A stretch of DNA of 64,000 bases from an uncultured Clostridiaceae bacterium (GTDB taxonomy: Bacteria; Bacillota; Clostridia; JAAYHZ01): NCBI GenBank assembly GCA_964547525.1, contig CAZJOD010000002.1, positions 2,404 through 66,403 of the forward strand, in the 5' to 3' direction. The position numbers and the translations under genes are program-made. The notes under the pieces were generated by a model, which was given only the letters and a program-made list of their open reading frames with translations, did no database searches and was not told the DNA's origin. This document shows positions 1 to 10,850 of the stretch, one piece after another (the stretch's first letter is position 1; each line of letters begins with the position of its first letter).

Positions 1-296
1 AAGCGGCCAGGGTTGCAATGACCAGATATACCAGCAGAGGTGGTAAAGTTTGGATCAAAATATTTCCGGATAAACCTATCACACAAAAACCCGCTGAAAC
101 TAGAATGGGTAGCGGAAAAGGAACTCCCGAGTACTGGGTGGCTGTTGTAAAGCCCGGAAGAGTTATGTTTGAAATAGCAGGTGTTCCGGAAGCAGAAGCC
201 AAAGAAGCGTTTAGGCTAGCAATGCATAAACTTCCCGTTAAGTGTAAAGTGATTGTTAAAGAAAAAGAAACGGATGGTGAAGCGAATGAAAGCTAA
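1..296 (+). CDS. rplP: 50S ribosomal protein L16, 3' partial (frame continues from upstream of the window)
   Basis: Translation ends ...[58 protein letters not shown], the conserved L16 C-terminus. The frame is open to position 1. Position in the S10 operon before rpmC. Confidence 0.9.
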   Translation, partial: AARVAMTRYTSRGGKVWIKIFPDKPITQKPAETRMGSGKGTPEYWVAVVKPGRVMFEIAGVPEAEAKEAFRLAMHKLPVKCKVIVKEKETDGEANES

Positions 297-489
297 TGAA
301 TTAAGAGACAAAACAACTGCCGAACTCAATCAGGAATTGAGAGAACTTAAATCGGAATTATTCAAGCTAAGATTTCAGCTTGCAACAAGTCAACTTGACA
401 ATCCAATGCAGATCAAAGCGGTAAAAAAAGATATTGCCAGAGTTAAAACCATTATGAGGCAAAGAGAATTAGAAGGTGCAAAAGCATAG
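286..489 (+). CDS. rpmC: 50S ribosomal protein L29
   Basis: [31 protein letters not shown]... is typical L29. The ATG overlaps the rplP stop (ATGA arrangement). A GGTGA Shine-Dalgarno lies upstream. The tool ORF at 253 is an upstream in-frame extension. Confidence 0.9.
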   Translation: MKANELRDKTTAELNQELRELKSELFKLRFQLATSQLDNPMQIKAVKKDIARVKTIMRQRELEGAKA

Positions 490-533
490 TTGTTGCAAGT
501 AGATCCCGAGTATAAGGGAAGGAGGAAAAACTA

Positions 534-791
534 GTGTCTGATAGAAATTTAAGAAAAACCAGAATTGGCAAAGTTGTCAGCGATAAAATGGATAAAACCA
601 TTGTAATATCTATAGAAGATAATGTTAGGCATCCCCTTTATAGTAAAATTGTCAAGAGGACATATAAAATAAAAGCTCACGACGAATATAACGAGTGTGG
701 TGTCGGAGATAAAGTAATGGTGATGGAAACCAGGCCGATAAGTCGTGAAAAAAGGTGGAGACTGGTTGAAATAGTTGAAAAGGCCCGTTAA
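534..791 (+). CDS. rpsQ: 30S ribosomal protein S17
   Basis: GTG start after a GGAGGA Shine-Dalgarno. [22 protein letters not shown]...HDE is the S17 signature. Operon order is correct. Confidence 0.92.
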   Translation: MSDRNLRKTRIGKVVSDKMDKTIVISIEDNVRHPLYSKIVKRTYKIKAHDEYNECGVGDKVMVMETRPISREKRWRLVEIVEKAR

Positions 792-812
792 ACGGCAAAG
801 GAGGAATTCTTA

Positions 813-1181
813 ATGATACAAGCGCAAACAATCCTGAAAGCCGCTGATAATACCGGAGCTAAAGAAATGATGTGCATAAAGGTTCTTGGCGGTACGGGTA
901 GAAAATATGCAAAAATAGGTGATGTAATAATCGCTAGTGTTAAAAGCGCAACGCCGGGCGGAGTTGTTAAAAAAGGCCAGGTGGTACGTTGCGTAATCGT
1001 TCGCACTAAAAAGGAATTGAAAAGAAACGACGGTTCCTATGTAAGATTTGACGAAAACGCGGCGGTTATAATCAAAGAAGACCAAAATCCGATGGGAACA
1101 AGAATTTTCGGTCCGGTGGCAAGAGAATTGAGAGAAAAGGACTATATGAAAATATTGTCTCTTGCACCTGAAGTACTGTAG
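813..1181 (+). CDS. rplN: 50S ribosomal protein L14
   Basis: [27 protein letters not shown]... is a canonical L14 N-terminus. 122 aa. Confidence 0.95.
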   Translation: MIQAQTILKAADNTGAKEMMCIKVLGGTGRKYAKIGDVIIASVKSATPGGVVKKGQVVRCVIVRTKKELKRNDGSYVRFDENAAVIIKEDQNPMGTRIFGPVARELREKDYMKILSLAPEVL

Positions 1182-1198
1182 GGAGGAGGCTACCGAAA

Positions 1199-1549
1199 AT
1201 GAATATCAAATCTCATGTAAAAAAAGGTGACACAGTAGTGGTGCTTACAGGAAAAGACAAAGGTGAAAAAGGAAAAGTAATTGGAGTCAGACCTAAGGAT
1301 CACAAAGTTCTTGTGGAAGGTGTCAATATAAATAAAAAACACAAGAAACCCAGAGGAATGAATCAGCAGGGTGGTATAATCGAACAAGAAAATTATATCG
1401 ATCTGTCTAATGTAATGTTAGTCTGTGGAAATTGTAAAAAGCCCACAAGAGTTGCGAAAAGATTTTTGGACAATGGACAAAAAGCCAGAGTATGCAAAAA
1501 ATGTGATGAAGTTATAGATATTATAAACAGCAATTCAAATGAGGAATGA
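1199..1549 (+). CDS. rplX: 50S ribosomal protein L24 (KOW domain) with an unusual C-terminal CxxC...CxxC segment
   Basis: [20 protein letters not shown]...[13 protein letters not shown] is the L24 core. The C-terminal region reads [30 protein letters not shown]. 116 aa. Confidence 0.9.
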   Translation: MNIKSHVKKGDTVVVLTGKDKGEKGKVIGVRPKDHKVLVEGVNINKKHKKPRGMNQQGGIIEQENYIDLSNVMLVCGNCKKPTRVAKRFLDNGQKARVCKKCDEVIDIINSNSNEE

Positions 1550-1566
1550 AGGGAGGTTTCCGGTAA

Positions 1567-2109
1567 ATGACAAGGCTGAAAGAAAAGTATGACAAAGAAG
1601 TAATGCCTGCTTTAAAAGAAAAGTTTAACTACACAGGTCCGATGGAAATTCCGAAGCTTGAAAAGGTTGTAATTAACATGGGTCTGGGTGAATTGAAAGA
1701 TAATCCTAAGGCACTTGAATTCGCCATTAACGATTTAATGGCTATATCGGGACAAAAACCTGTCGTGACAAAGGCTAAAAAATCTGTCGCAAACTTTAAA
1801 TTGAGACAGGGTATGAATATAGGATGCAAAGTAACATTACGGGGAGACAGAATGTATGATTTTATGGATAAATTGATCAGTATCGCGCTTCCTAGAGTAA
1901 GAGACTTCAGAGGAATCAATCCCAACTCGTTTGACGGGAGGGGTAATTACTCAATAGGTGTCAAAGAACAGTTGATATTCCCTGAGATCAATTATGACAA
2001 GATCGATAAAATCAGAGGTATGGATATAACTATCGTAACAACTGCAAAAACGGATGAAGAGTGTAAAGCTTTACTTGATTTTCTCGGCATGCCGTTCCGT
2101 AAAAGTTAA
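1567..2109 (+). CDS. rplE: 50S ribosomal protein L5
   Basis: [39 protein letters not shown]... is the L5 signature. 180 aa. Confidence 0.95.
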   Translation: MTRLKEKYDKEVMPALKEKFNYTGPMEIPKLEKVVINMGLGELKDNPKALEFAINDLMAISGQKPVVTKAKKSVANFKLRQGMNIGCKVTLRGDRMYDFMDKLISIALPRVRDFRGINPNSFDGRGNYSIGVKEQLIFPEINYDKIDKIRGMDITIVTTAKTDEECKALLDFLGMPFRKS

Positions 2110-2122
2110 GGAGGTATTATAG

Positions 2123-2308
2123 ATGGCAAAGAAATCTATGATCAACAAACAAAAACTAACCCCTAAATTCAGTACTCGCTATTATAACAGATGTAAGATA
2201 TGCGGCAGACCGCATGCATATATACGTAAGTACGGGATATGTAGAATATGTTTCAGGGAATTGGCATACAAAGGACAGATCCCCGGGGTAAGAAAAGCCA
2301 GTTGGTAA
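2123..2308 (+). CDS. rpsZ: 30S ribosomal protein S14 type Z (zinc-binding)
   Basis: 61 aa, with [38 protein letters not shown]. This is the short C4 zinc S14 form found between rplE and rpsH. Confidence 0.93.
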   Translation: MAKKSMINKQKLTPKFSTRYYNRCKICGRPHAYIRKYGICRICFRELAYKGQIPGVRKASW

Positions 2309-2343
2309 TTTTGGATACCAATTTGTGTAAGGAGGTACTTTAA

Positions 2344-2742
2344 ATGCAGATAACTGACAGTGTTGCCGATATGCTAACCAGAATCAGAAATGCCGGTTCT
2401 GCAAAGCATGAATTTGTGGATATTCCGGCTTCGAGCAATAAAAAAGCTATAGCGGATATTTTATTGAACGAGGGTTATATAAAAAAGTATGATATCATTG
2501 AAGACAATAAACAAGGTATCATAAGGATCACGTTAAAATACACCAAGGAAAAGAAGTGCGTGATCACCGGAATTAAAAGAATAAGTAAGCCGGGTCTTAG
2601 AGTATACGCCGGTAAAAGCGATATACCCAAGGTTTTAGGCGGTTTGGGAATTGCTATAATTTCTACGTCAAAAGGTGTTGTAACCGATAAAGTTGCAAGA
2701 GAGAACAATGTTGGCGGAGAAGTAATGGCATATATATGGTAA
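2344..2742 (+). CDS. rpsH: 30S ribosomal protein S8
   Basis: [46 protein letters not shown] is a canonical S8. Confidence 0.95.
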   Translation: MQITDSVADMLTRIRNAGSAKHEFVDIPASSNKKAIADILLNEGYIKKYDIIEDNKQGIIRITLKYTKEKKCVITGIKRISKPGLRVYAGKSDIPKVLGGLGIAIISTSKGVVTDKVARENNVGGEVMAYIW

Positions 2743-2813
2743 TTTGGATCCGCACCAAGCGTATCTGAAAAGAGCCGAAAGGTTTTCAATATTAAGAACA
2801 GGAGGTGTTGAAT

Positions 2814-3356
2814 ATGTCAAGAATCGGACGTTTACCGATACAAGTACCAACAGGAGTATCGGTTAAAATTGATAGCGATAATACAGTTACGGTGAAAGGC
2901 CCTAACGGGACTTTGACACAAACTATGCATCCGGAAATGACTATTGAACAAGAAAACGACACAATTATAGTGAAAAGGTCGTCAGATAATAAGAAGTATA
3001 AAGCGTTGCACGGTCTGACCAGAAGTTTGTTAAACAATATGGTCACCGGTGTAAAGGATGGATTTTCAAAGAAGTTGGAAATTAACGGTGTTGGATACAG
3101 AGCACAAAAACAGGGTAAGAAACTGGTACTGACACTTGGTTACTCCCATCCCATTGAAATGGAAGAACCCGCAGGTATCACCTATGAGGTGCCGGACGCA
3201 AGTACGGTTATTGTAAAAGGAATCGATAAACAGCTTGTCGGTGAAATGGCGGCTAAGATCAGATTCAAGCGTCCGCCTGAACCTTATAAGGGTAAAGGTG
3301 TTAAGTATGCTGATGAAACTATCTTGCGCAAAGAAGGTAAATCGGGTTCCGTTTAA
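2814..3356 (+). CDS. rplF: 50S ribosomal protein L6
   Basis: MSRIGRLPIQVPTGVSVKIDSDNTVTVKGPNG... GGAGG lies 8 nt upstream of the ATG at 2814. The tool ORF start at 2805 is an upstream GTG. Confidence 0.93.
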   Translation: MSRIGRLPIQVPTGVSVKIDSDNTVTVKGPNGTLTQTMHPEMTIEQENDTIIVKRSSDNKKYKALHGLTRSLLNNMVTGVKDGFSKKLEINGVGYRAQKQGKKLVLTLGYSHPIEMEEPAGITYEVPDASTVIVKGIDKQLVGEMAAKIRFKRPPEPYKGKGVKYADETILRKEGKSGSV

Positions 3357-3386
3357 GGGGTTATGAACAGAAAGGAGTGAAACCAT

Positions 3387-3749
3387 ATGATAAGAAAGCC
3401 TGACAAAAACAAAGACAGATTGAGAAGGCACGACAGAATAAGAAAAAAGATATCGGGAACGGTTGAAAAACCCAGATTATGCGTATACCGTAGTTTAAAG
3501 CACATATATGTACAAATTATCGATGACAGTACCGGATCTACACTAGTGGCCGCATCAACTTTGGATAAAGAATTAAAAGGAAATTACGGTGGTAACATCA
3601 AAGCGGCTGAGGCCGTAGGTAAATTGGCTGCACAAAAAGCAGTTGAAAAAGGTATTGTTGATGTAGTGTTTGACAGAGGCGGATATCTGTATCACGGCAG
3701 AATCAAAGCGATTGCGGATGCCGCAAGAAGTGCCGGACTTAACTTCTAA
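3387..3749 (+). CDS. rplR: 50S ribosomal protein L18
   Basis: [39 protein letters not shown]... is the L18 signature. Confidence 0.93.
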   Translation: MIRKPDKNKDRLRRHDRIRKKISGTVEKPRLCVYRSLKHIYVQIIDDSTGSTLVAASTLDKELKGNYGGNIKAAEAVGKLAAQKAVEKGIVDVVFDRGGYLYHGRIKAIADAARSAGLNF

Positions 3750-3768
3750 CGAAAAGGAGGGAAAATAC

Positions 3769-4269
3769 TTGCAACGCATTAATTCAAATGAAATAGAATT
3801 GAAAGAAAAAGTCGTAAACATTAGTCGTGTTACAAAAGTTGTTAAAGGCGGTAGAAATTTTAGGTTCTCTGCTTTGGTTGTAGTAGGCGACGAGAACGGC
3901 TATGTAGGCGTAGGATTAGGTAAAGCTACAGAAATACCGGATGCTATTAGAAAGGGTATAGATGACGCTAAGAAAAACTTGGTAAAAGTTCCTCTTGTTG
4001 ATTCTACGATACCTCATGAGTCTATGGGATATTATGGCGCCGGAAAAGTTTTATTGAAACCGGCGGCACCAGGTACCGGAGTTATCGCAGGCGGTGCTGT
4101 TCGTGCCGTTGTTGAGTTAGCCGGTATTAAAGACATACTGACAAAATCCTTGGGATCTAACAATCGTATAAATTTGGTAAATTCAACTTTGGTTGCTTTA
4201 AAGCAATTAAAAAGTGTAGAGGAAGTTGCCAAACTCAGAGGTAAAACGGTTGAAGAAATAACTGGGTAG
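3769..4269 (+). CDS. rpsE: 30S ribosomal protein S5
   Basis: TTG start 8 nt after an AAAGGAGGG Shine-Dalgarno. ...[40 protein letters not shown] is the S5 core. The tool ORF at 3670 overlaps rplR and is an upstream extension. Confidence 0.9.
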   Translation: MQRINSNEIELKEKVVNISRVTKVVKGGRNFRFSALVVVGDENGYVGVGLGKATEIPDAIRKGIDDAKKNLVKVPLVDSTIPHESMGYYGAGKVLLKPAAPGTGVIAGGAVRAVVELAGIKDILTKSLGSNNRINLVNSTLVALKQLKSVEEVAKLRGKTVEEITG

Positions 4270-4282
4270 GAGGAATCTGAAA

Positions 4283-4465
4283 GTGGCAAAGTTGAAAGTT
4301 ACTCAAGTTAAAAGTATAATAAAATGTAAAGATGATCAAATAGCTACTTTGAAAGCTCTAGGGCTTAAAAAAATAGGTAGTGTTGTCGAACAAGAAGACA
4401 ATGATCAAATACGTGGAATGATAAAAAAGGTTTCGCATCTGGTTAAAGTGGAACAATTAGTATAG
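4283..4465 (+). CDS. rpmD: 50S ribosomal protein L30
   Basis: 60 aa. [40 protein letters not shown] start after GGAGGAA. Confidence 0.9.
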   Translation: MAKLKVTQVKSIIKCKDDQIATLKALGLKKIGSVVEQEDNDQIRGMIKKVSHLVKVEQLV

Positions 4466-4483
4466 AAGGAGGTGCGGTTTTAG

Positions 4484-4927
4484 ATGAAACTAACTGATTT
4501 GCAGTCTCCGATAGGGAGCAGGACTAAACCTACCCGTAAAGGCAGAGGCCATGGTTCGGGAAATGGGAAGACCGCAGGCAGAGGCCATAAAGGCCAAAAG
4601 GCACGTTCCGGTGGTGGAGTTCGTATCGGTTTTGAAGGTGGGCAAATGCCTTTGTACAGAAGAATGCCCAAAAGGGGATTTAATAACAAAAGATTTGCCG
4701 ATGTATATACCGAAGTGAATCTGACTGATCTTGGAATATTTGAAGATGGTGCCGTAATAGATGCTCAAGCTTTATTGGATAAAAAAGTAATAAAAGACGT
4801 CAACAGTGGCATAGTAGTTTTGGGAAACGGTGATGTAGAAAAGCAATATACTGTAAAAGCAAAGCGTTTTTCCAAGACCGCGGCTGAGAAAATAGCGGCT
4901 GCAGGCGGAAAGGTTGAGGTGGTATAA
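4484..4927 (+). CDS. rplO: 50S ribosomal protein L15
   Basis: [44 protein letters not shown] is a canonical L15. Confidence 0.95.
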   Translation: MKLTDLQSPIGSRTKPTRKGRGHGSGNGKTAGRGHKGQKARSGGGVRIGFEGGQMPLYRRMPKRGFNNKRFADVYTEVNLTDLGIFEDGAVIDAQALLDKKVIKDVNSGIVVLGNGDVEKQYTVKAKRFSKTAAEKIAAAGGKVEVV

Positions 4928-4928
4928 C

Positions 4929-6215
4929 ATGGCGAATACACTGGAAACAATAAATAGCGTTTGGAAAATCAAAGAGCTAAGAAAGAAAATACTTTTTACA
5001 TTGCTTATGCTGTTGATTTACAGAATAGGTTCACATATACCCATCCCCGGATTAAGAGGCGAAGAATTCGCAGCTTTGGTTCAAAGGGGTCAATTATTTG
5101 GTTTTCTTGATATTGTTTCGGGTGGTGCGTTTCAGAATGCATCCATTTTTGCCATGAGTATTACACCATATATCAATTCGTCAATTATTTTGCAATTATT
5201 AACTATTGCTATTCCGGCTTTGGAAAGATTATCTAAAGAAGGAACCGAAGGAAGAAAGAAAATTCAGCAGTTCGTCAGATATGGTGCCGTACTGCTCGGA
5301 TTCTTTCAAGCTTCGATGCTTTATATAGGAATGAGAGGTGCAATTGCCGACGGTGGTTCGGTAATGTCCTTTTTCAATGTAACATTGACTTTTACCGCCG
5401 GAACCGCATTCTTAATGTGGTTAGGAGAACAAATCACCGAAAGAGGGATCGGAAACGGTATATCGTTGATTATCTTTGCCGGAATCGTTTCTAGAGGTCC
5501 TCAAGGCGCTGCAACACTTTATAATTTATATACAGGCGGAGAATTAGGTGGCGGGATCTTAGGGATTTTCGCTATCATATTAATCCTGGCTGTGTTTATT
5601 GCTGTGATCGCTGCGGTTGTTTATGTTCAACAAGCTGAAAGAAAAATACCTGTACAATATGCAAAAAGGGTAGTCGGAAGGAAAATGTACGGTGGACAAA
5701 GCAGTCATTTGCCTATTAAAGTTAATATGTCAGGTGTTATGCCTATCATATTCGCAATGTCCATAATGGCATTTCCGCAAACAATAATAGGTTTGGTTGC
5801 ACCTAATACTACAAACCGTTTCCTTGTAGCGTTATCGCAGCAAGGCGGTCCGATTTACACGGCATTGTATGCGTTGTTAATTATGTTTTTTACATTCTTT
5901 TACTCGGTAATACAGTTTAATCCTGTCGAAGTTGCTAATAATCTTAAAAAGAACGGCGGATTTATACCGGGTATCAGACCTGGAAAACCCACATCGGATT
6001 TTATATCCGCTGTATTGAACAAGTTAACATGGATAGGTGGTATATTCTTAGCCACGGTAACAATATTTCCCAGCGTAATGGGCATCATATTTAATATACA
6101 AGGAATTTGGTTTGGAGGCACAGCTGTTTTGATTTTGGTAGGTGTTGCAATGGATACAGCACAGCAAATCGAATCCCAGATGTTAATGAGACATTACAAA
6201 GGGTTTTTAGAGTAA
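4929..6215 (+). CDS. secY: preprotein translocase subunit SecY
   Basis: MANTLETINSVWKIKELRKKILFTLLMLLIYRIGSHIPIPG..., multi-TM, 428 aa. The ATG at 4929 follows GGAGGTGG. The tool ORF at 4914 overlaps the rplO stop. Confidence 0.95.
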   Translation: MANTLETINSVWKIKELRKKILFTLLMLLIYRIGSHIPIPGLRGEEFAALVQRGQLFGFLDIVSGGAFQNASIFAMSITPYINSSIILQLLTIAIPALERLSKEGTEGRKKIQQFVRYGAVLLGFFQASMLYIGMRGAIADGGSVMSFFNVTLTFTAGTAFLMWLGEQITERGIGNGISLIIFAGIVSRGPQGAATLYNLYTGGELGGGILGIFAIILILAVFIAVIAAVVYVQQAERKIPVQYAKRVVGRKMYGGQSSHLPIKVNMSGVMPIIFAMSIMAFPQTIIGLVAPNTTNRFLVALSQQGGPIYTALYALLIMFFTFFYSVIQFNPVEVANNLKKNGGFIPGIRPGKPTSDFISAVLNKLTWIGGIFLATVTIFPSVMGIIFNIQGIWFGGTAVLILVGVAMDTAQQIESQMLMRHYKGFLE

Positions 6216-6235
6216 ACTGTCGGATGGTGATATAG

Positions 6236-6880
6236 GTGAAGATAATATTAATGGGAGCACCCGGTAGTGGGAAAGGAACACAAGCTGATATATTAAAAGA
6301 ATATTTCAATATTCCTCATATCTCTACCGGTGAAATTTTTCGTGAAAACATTAAAAATGGCACGGAACTTGGTAAAAAGGCCAAAAAGTTTATAGATGAA
6401 GGTAAGTTAGTACCTGACGAGTTAACATGCGACTTGGTATTTAACAGATTAAAAAATCATGATTGTAAGCGCGGTTTTATTTTGGACGGATTTCCCAGAA
6501 CGATCAATCAAGCCGTTATTCTTGATCAATATACCTTAAAAGAAGGAATGGAGATTGATAAAGTAGTAAATATTCATGTTCCCGACGAGGTAGTGATAAG
6601 ACGTTTAAGCGGAAGAAGAGTATGTTCGGGTTGTTCGAAGTCATATCACATTGTTTATGAAAAACCTCAAGTGGAGGGGATATGTGACGAATGTGGTTCG
6701 CAACTGATACAAAGAAAAGATGATACTGCAGAAACTATAAAAGCAAGGTTGATTACTTATCATGACAGTTCCGAACAAGTGATTGGATTTTATCAGGAAA
6801 AGGGTATGCTTGCCGTGGTTCAAGGCGATAATGACTCGGAAGAAGTATTTAAAGATATTTTAAGAGCATTGGAAGGTTAA
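6236..6880 (+). CDS. adk: adenylate kinase (with zinc-ribbon lid CxxC...CxxC)
   Basis: IILMGAPGSGKGTQA P-loop. LID segment CSGCSKSYHIVYEKPQVEGICDECGSQL. Confidence 0.95.
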   Translation: MKIILMGAPGSGKGTQADILKEYFNIPHISTGEIFRENIKNGTELGKKAKKFIDEGKLVPDELTCDLVFNRLKNHDCKRGFILDGFPRTINQAVILDQYTLKEGMEIDKVVNIHVPDEVVIRRLSGRRVCSGCSKSYHIVYEKPQVEGICDECGSQLIQRKDDTAETIKARLITYHDSSEQVIGFYQEKGMLAVVQGDNDSEEVFKDILRALEG

Positions 6881-6945
6881 AATATAAAAATATGTTAATA
6901 ATTAGTGTAATTGCCTGTGATACCTAAGTTACGGAGGAATTAAAA

Positions 6946-7224
6946 ATGGATTTGAAGCCGGGAGATCCGGTTATATCAAAAGCCGGAAGAGATAAAGGCA
7001 AAATCTTTGTGGTAATAAGCATACATGAACCGGACTATGTAACAATTTCGGATGGGAAGCTCAGAAAAGTGGAACATCCGAAATTAAAAAAAATGAAACA
7101 TGTAAAACGTTGCGGAAGTCCGATTATGAGTATAAATGAGAAAATTAGTACCGGTGAAAAAATAAACAATTCTGATATAAAAAAAGCGTTAGCTGCCGCC
7201 GTTTTAGAAGACGGAGACATTTAA
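6946..7224 (+). CDS. KOW-domain RNA-binding protein (L14E/L24-like small protein of Firmicute spc-alpha operons)
   Basis: 92 aa. [22 protein letters not shown] is a KOW motif. Good Shine-Dalgarno. It occupies the slot between adk and infA. Confidence 0.7.
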   Translation: MDLKPGDPVISKAGRDKGKIFVVISIHEPDYVTISDGKLRKVEHPKLKKMKHVKRCGSPIMSINEKISTGEKINNSDIKKALAAAVLEDGDI

Positions 7225-7240
7225 AAAGGAGGGTTATAGT

Positions 7241-7462
7241 TTGCCGAAAGAAAATGTTATTGAAGTAAGAGGCACAGTGACTGAAGCATTACCTAATGCG
7301 ATGTTCAAAGTCAAGCTGGAAAACGGTCATGAAATACTCGCGCATATATCGGGTAAATTGAGGATGAATTATATAAAAATTTTGCCGGGTGATATGGTTA
7401 CAGTGGTATTGTCACCTTATGATCTGACAAAAGGTAGGATTGTATGGAGAGGTAAGCAATAA
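7241..7462 (+). CDS. infA: translation initiation factor IF-1
   Basis: TTG start. [49 protein letters not shown] is the IF-1 S1-like fold signature. Confidence 0.95.
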   Translation: MPKENVIEVRGTVTEALPNAMFKVKLENGHEILAHISGKLRMNYIKILPGDMVTVVLSPYDLTKGRIVWRGKQ

Positions 7463-7486
7463 AAATACCTTAAGGGAGGTTTTATA

Positions 7487-7603
7487 ATGAAAGTTAAACC
7501 GTCTGTAAAAAAAATATGTGATAAATGCAAAATTATCAAACGTAAAGGTAAAGTAATGGTTATTTGTGAAAAAGAACCGAGACACAAACAAAAACAAGGG
7601 TAG
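7487..7603 (+). CDS. rpmJ: 50S ribosomal protein L36 (zinc ribbon)
   Basis: 38 aa, [38 protein letters not shown]. Below the 60-aa ORF-track cutoff, found by reading the sequence. GGGAGG Shine-Dalgarno upstream. Confidence 0.9.
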   Translation: MKVKPSVKKICDKCKIIKRKGKVMVICEKEPRHKQKQG

Positions 7604-7723
7604 TCGACATATTGCATAGCAGTATGAAATGTACCACTTATAGCGCGGCTGCGGAAAAGGAATTTTCCGGCTATGGGTGTGAAAATATATAAAAACTCAT
7701 AAAAAAACGGAGGTGCTGATTTA

Positions 7724-8092
7724 ATGGCTCGTATTGCCGGAGTGGATCTACCTAGGGAGAAGAGAATTGAAGTCGGTCTGACATATATATACGGTATCGG
7801 CAGAACTTCTGCAAATAGTATATTAAATAATACGGGAATTAATCCTGACACAAGAGTTAAGGATTTGACTGATGATGAAATTACAAAATTAAGAAACTCA
7901 ATAGAAAAAGGGTACGTAGTTGAAGGTGACTTAAGACGTGACGTTTCTTTGAATATTAAAAGATTGATAGAAATAGGTTCGTACAGGGGAAGAAGGCACA
8001 AAGCGGGCTTGCCTGTAAGAGGGCAAAGAACCAAAACCAATGCCAGAACCCGAAAAGGACCGTCAAAAACTGTCGGTAAAAAAAGTAAGTAA
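7724..8092 (+). CDS. rpsM: 30S ribosomal protein S13
   Basis: [30 protein letters not shown]... is a canonical S13. Confidence 0.95.
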   Translation: MARIAGVDLPREKRIEVGLTYIYGIGRTSANSILNNTGINPDTRVKDLTDDEITKLRNSIEKGYVVEGDLRRDVSLNIKRLIEIGSYRGRRHKAGLPVRGQRTKTNARTRKGPSKTVGKKSK

Positions 8093-8106
8093 AGGAGGTT
8101 GGTTGA

Positions 8107-8499
8107 ATGGCACCTAAAGTAAGTAAAAGAACTAAACGTAAAGAAAAGAAAAATATTGAACGTGGGGCGGCTCATATTCGTTCTTCGTTTAATAATACAA
8201 TCGTTACGATAACCGATACAGCCGGAAATGCACTATCATGGGCAAGTGCCGGTGGTCTTGGTTTCAAGGGGTCAAGAAAAAACACTCCTTTTGCAGCGCA
8301 GTCTGCAGCTGAACAAGCGGCGAAAGCTGCCATGGAGCATGGATTAAGAACGGTTGAAGTTTATGTAAAAGGTCCCGGCGCAGGGCGGGAAGCGGCAATC
8401 AGGGCGTTGCAAGCTGCAGGATTGGAAGTGAGCATGATTAAAGATGTAACTCCCATACCTCATAATGGTTGCAGACCGCCTAAAAGAAGAAGAGTATAA
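8107..8499 (+). CDS. rpsK: 30S ribosomal protein S11
   Basis: [46 protein letters not shown] is a canonical S11. Confidence 0.95.
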   Translation: MAPKVSKRTKRKEKKNIERGAAHIRSSFNNTIVTITDTAGNALSWASAGGLGFKGSRKNTPFAAQSAAEQAAKAAMEHGLRTVEVYVKGPGAGREAAIRALQAAGLEVSMIKDVTPIPHNGCRPPKRRRV

Positions 8500-8517
8500 T
8501 GGAGGTGTATTGGATAG

Positions 8518-9147
8518 ATGGCTAGATATAATGATGCTTCTTGCAGACTTTGTCGCAGAGAAGGAGAGAAACTTTTTCTTAAAGGAGACAGATGTTATTC
8601 GGAAAAATGTTCTGTTAGTAAAAGACCATATGCACCCGGATTCCATGGAGAACAGAGGAAAAAATTATCCGAGCACGGGATACAATTAAGAGAAAAACAA
8701 AAAGCAAAAAGATATTACGGAGTATTGGAAAAGCAATTTGGAAAATATTATGAAGTTGCATTAAGGAAAAAGGGTAGAACTGGTGAAAACCTGCTTAGAT
8801 TATTAGAAAACAGACTTGATAACGTTATATACAGAATGGGTATGGGTGCATCCAGACCTGAAGCCAGACAAATTGTAAATCACTCTCATATAACTGTAAA
8901 CGGCAATAAGGTTAATATTCCTTCTTATCAAGTTAAAGTAGGCGATGTAATAGAAGTTCGACAATCCAGTAAGAGCTTACCTCTTTTCAAAAAGATTATT
9001 GAAACTGAAAATACAAAAGCCTTACCGAGTTGGTTATCTTTTGACACTGCAAACCTGAAAGGAACTGTTTTAGGTGAATGCCCGAGAGAAGAAGTGGATT
9101 TGAATGTTCAAGAACAGCTTATTGTTGAATGGTATTCAAAGAGCTAG
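8518..9147 (+). CDS. rpsD: 30S ribosomal protein S4 (zinc-ribbon form)
   Basis: [31 protein letters not shown]... N-terminal Cys cluster plus S4 domain. Confidence 0.93.
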   Translation: MARYNDASCRLCRREGEKLFLKGDRCYSEKCSVSKRPYAPGFHGEQRKKLSEHGIQLREKQKAKRYYGVLEKQFGKYYEVALRKKGRTGENLLRLLENRLDNVIYRMGMGASRPEARQIVNHSHITVNGNKVNIPSYQVKVGDVIEVRQSSKSLPLFKKIIETENTKALPSWLSFDTANLKGTVLGECPREEVDLNVQEQLIVEWYSKS

Positions 9148-9264
9148 TGTAATGTTTTCAGGTATAAATGTCTTACAAATGACAATGTGCCTACAGGTAA
9201 ACGGATTATTAATTTGCTCAAAACGGTCGCCCGGTTGTTCGGGTAGAAAGAGGGAGGGTTATAT

Positions 9265-10212
9265 TTGATAGAAATTGAAAAGCCAAAGATCGAATGTGTA
9301 GAATCAGACGAAGCGAATACTTATGGAAAGTTTGTTATAGAACCTTTGGAAAGAGGTTATGGTATCACATTGGGAAATTCCTTAAGGAGAATTTTATTGT
9401 CTTCTTTACCGGGTTCAGCGGCTACCTCAATTAAAATAGACGGTGTTTTGCATGAATTTTCTACTATTCCGGGTGTTGTTGAAGATGTTACGGAAATAAT
9501 TCTTAATGTAAAAACTTTGGCATTTAAAATGTATAGCGATGAACCTAAGACCGTATATATTAATGCCGAAGGTAAAGGAAACGTTACAGGTGCTAATATT
9601 AAGACTGATGCCGATATTGAAGTGTTAAATCCTGAGACTCATGTTGCTACTTTAAATGAGAACGGAAGGTTATACATGGAGATAACTGTTGAGAAATCTC
9701 GTGGATATGTCCCCGCTGAAAAAAATAAGGCTCAAGGTCAACCCATTGGTGTGATACCTATAGATTCAATATTCACACCGGTTAAGCATGTAAACTATAA
9801 AGTTGAAAACACACGTGTCGGTAAAGTAACCGATTTCGACAGGCTTATATTGGAGATAAAGACTAATGGGAATATAAAACCTGATGAGGCCATGAGTTTA
9901 GGCGCAAAAATTTTAAATGAGCACTTGAAATTATTTATTGATCTTTCCGACCATGCAAAGAATACCGAGATAATGGTTGAAAAAGAAGACAGTGGAAAAG
10001 AGAAAGTGTTGGAGATGACGATAGAAGAGTTGGACTTGTCAGTTCGCTCGTACAACTGTTTAAAGAGAGCCGGTATCAACACGGTTGAAGATCTTACAAA
10101 TAAAAATGAAGAAGACATGATGAAAGTCAGAAATTTGGGTAAAAAATCTTTGGAAGAAGTATTGGGTAAGCTGAAAGATTTAGGATTATCACTTTCGAAG
10201 GATGAGGATTAA
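9265..10212 (+). CDS. rpoA: DNA-directed RNA polymerase subunit alpha
   Basis: [47 protein letters not shown] is the RpoA N-terminal domain. C-terminal domain motif ...[22 protein letters not shown]. Confidence 0.95.
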   Translation: MIEIEKPKIECVESDEANTYGKFVIEPLERGYGITLGNSLRRILLSSLPGSAATSIKIDGVLHEFSTIPGVVEDVTEIILNVKTLAFKMYSDEPKTVYINAEGKGNVTGANIKTDADIEVLNPETHVATLNENGRLYMEITVEKSRGYVPAEKNKAQGQPIGVIPIDSIFTPVKHVNYKVENTRVGKVTDFDRLILEIKTNGNIKPDEAMSLGAKILNEHLKLFIDLSDHAKNTEIMVEKEDSGKEKVLEMTIEELDLSVRSYNCLKRAGINTVEDLTNKNEEDMMKVRNLGKKSLEEVLGKLKDLGLSLSKDED

Positions 10213-10257
10213 CCCGAAATATATTATGCCAACAAATCGGAAAGGAGTGATTGAACT

Positions 10258-10797
10258 ATGGCGCAACATAGAAAATTAGGTAGACCTACCGATCAAAGAA
10301 TAGCGATTCTAAGAAGCCAGGTTACCTCTTTGTTTGAAAACGGAAAAATAAAAACTACTGCGACTCGTGCGAAAGAAGTTAAAAATATAGCGGAAAAATT
10401 AATGACTCTGGCAATAAAAGAGTGTGATAACTATGAATCCAAGCAAGTTAAAGTCACAAAAGCTAAACTTGATTCATCGGGAAAAAAGGTTTTGAAAGAG
10501 GCTACATCTAAAAACGGTAACAAGTACATGGTTGTAGACAGAGAAGAGACCACCGATATGAGGACAGTTGACAACGCCTCAAGATTACATGCCAGAAGAC
10601 AAATTTTAAAATGGGTCTATGATGTAAAAGATGAAAATGGAAAACGTAAGAAGGTCGTTGATAAATTATTTAACGAAATTGCACCTAAATATAAAGATGT
10701 AAAAGGCGGTTATACCAGGATATATCTTTTAGGAGCAAGAAGAGGGGATGCGGCGGAAATGGCGATTCTCGAACTGGTGGATGTAAACCAAAAATAA
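10258..10797 (+). CDS. rplQ: 50S ribosomal protein L17, unusually long (179 aa) with an internal insertion
   Basis: [25 protein letters not shown]...LHARRQ...[25 protein letters not shown] are the conserved L17 blocks. An extra segment of about 55 aa sits between them. Confidence 0.88.
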   Translation: MAQHRKLGRPTDQRIAILRSQVTSLFENGKIKTTATRAKEVKNIAEKLMTLAIKECDNYESKQVKVTKAKLDSSGKKVLKEATSKNGNKYMVVDREETTDMRTVDNASRLHARRQILKWVYDVKDENGKRKKVVDKLFNEIAPKYKDVKGGYTRIYLLGARRGDAAEMAILELVDVNQK

Positions 10798-10805
10798 GAT
10801 TAATA

Positions 10806-10850
10806 ACGGGACTAACACAAAAATGACTGTGTCGGTCCCTTATTATTTTG
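10806..10850 (+). terminator. rho-independent terminator after rplQ
   Basis: GGGAC...GTCCC stem followed by TTATTATTTT. Confidence 0.6.

Noticed and set aside
253-285. Upstream in-frame extensions of several tool ORFs (253, 2805, 3670, 4914, 26626, 28589, 39062, 44088, 48648, 57681 and others)
   Set aside because: Each extension overlaps the upstream gene or contains the Shine-Dalgarno of the downstream start. Conserved N-termini of the families begin at the internal start chosen.
7417-8175. 252-aa minus-strand ORF antisense to rpsM/rpsK
   Set aside because: Entirely antisense to highly conserved ribosomal protein genes. Low-complexity Leu/Phe/Ser-rich translation typical of AT-rich antisense frames. 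No Shine-Dalgarno.
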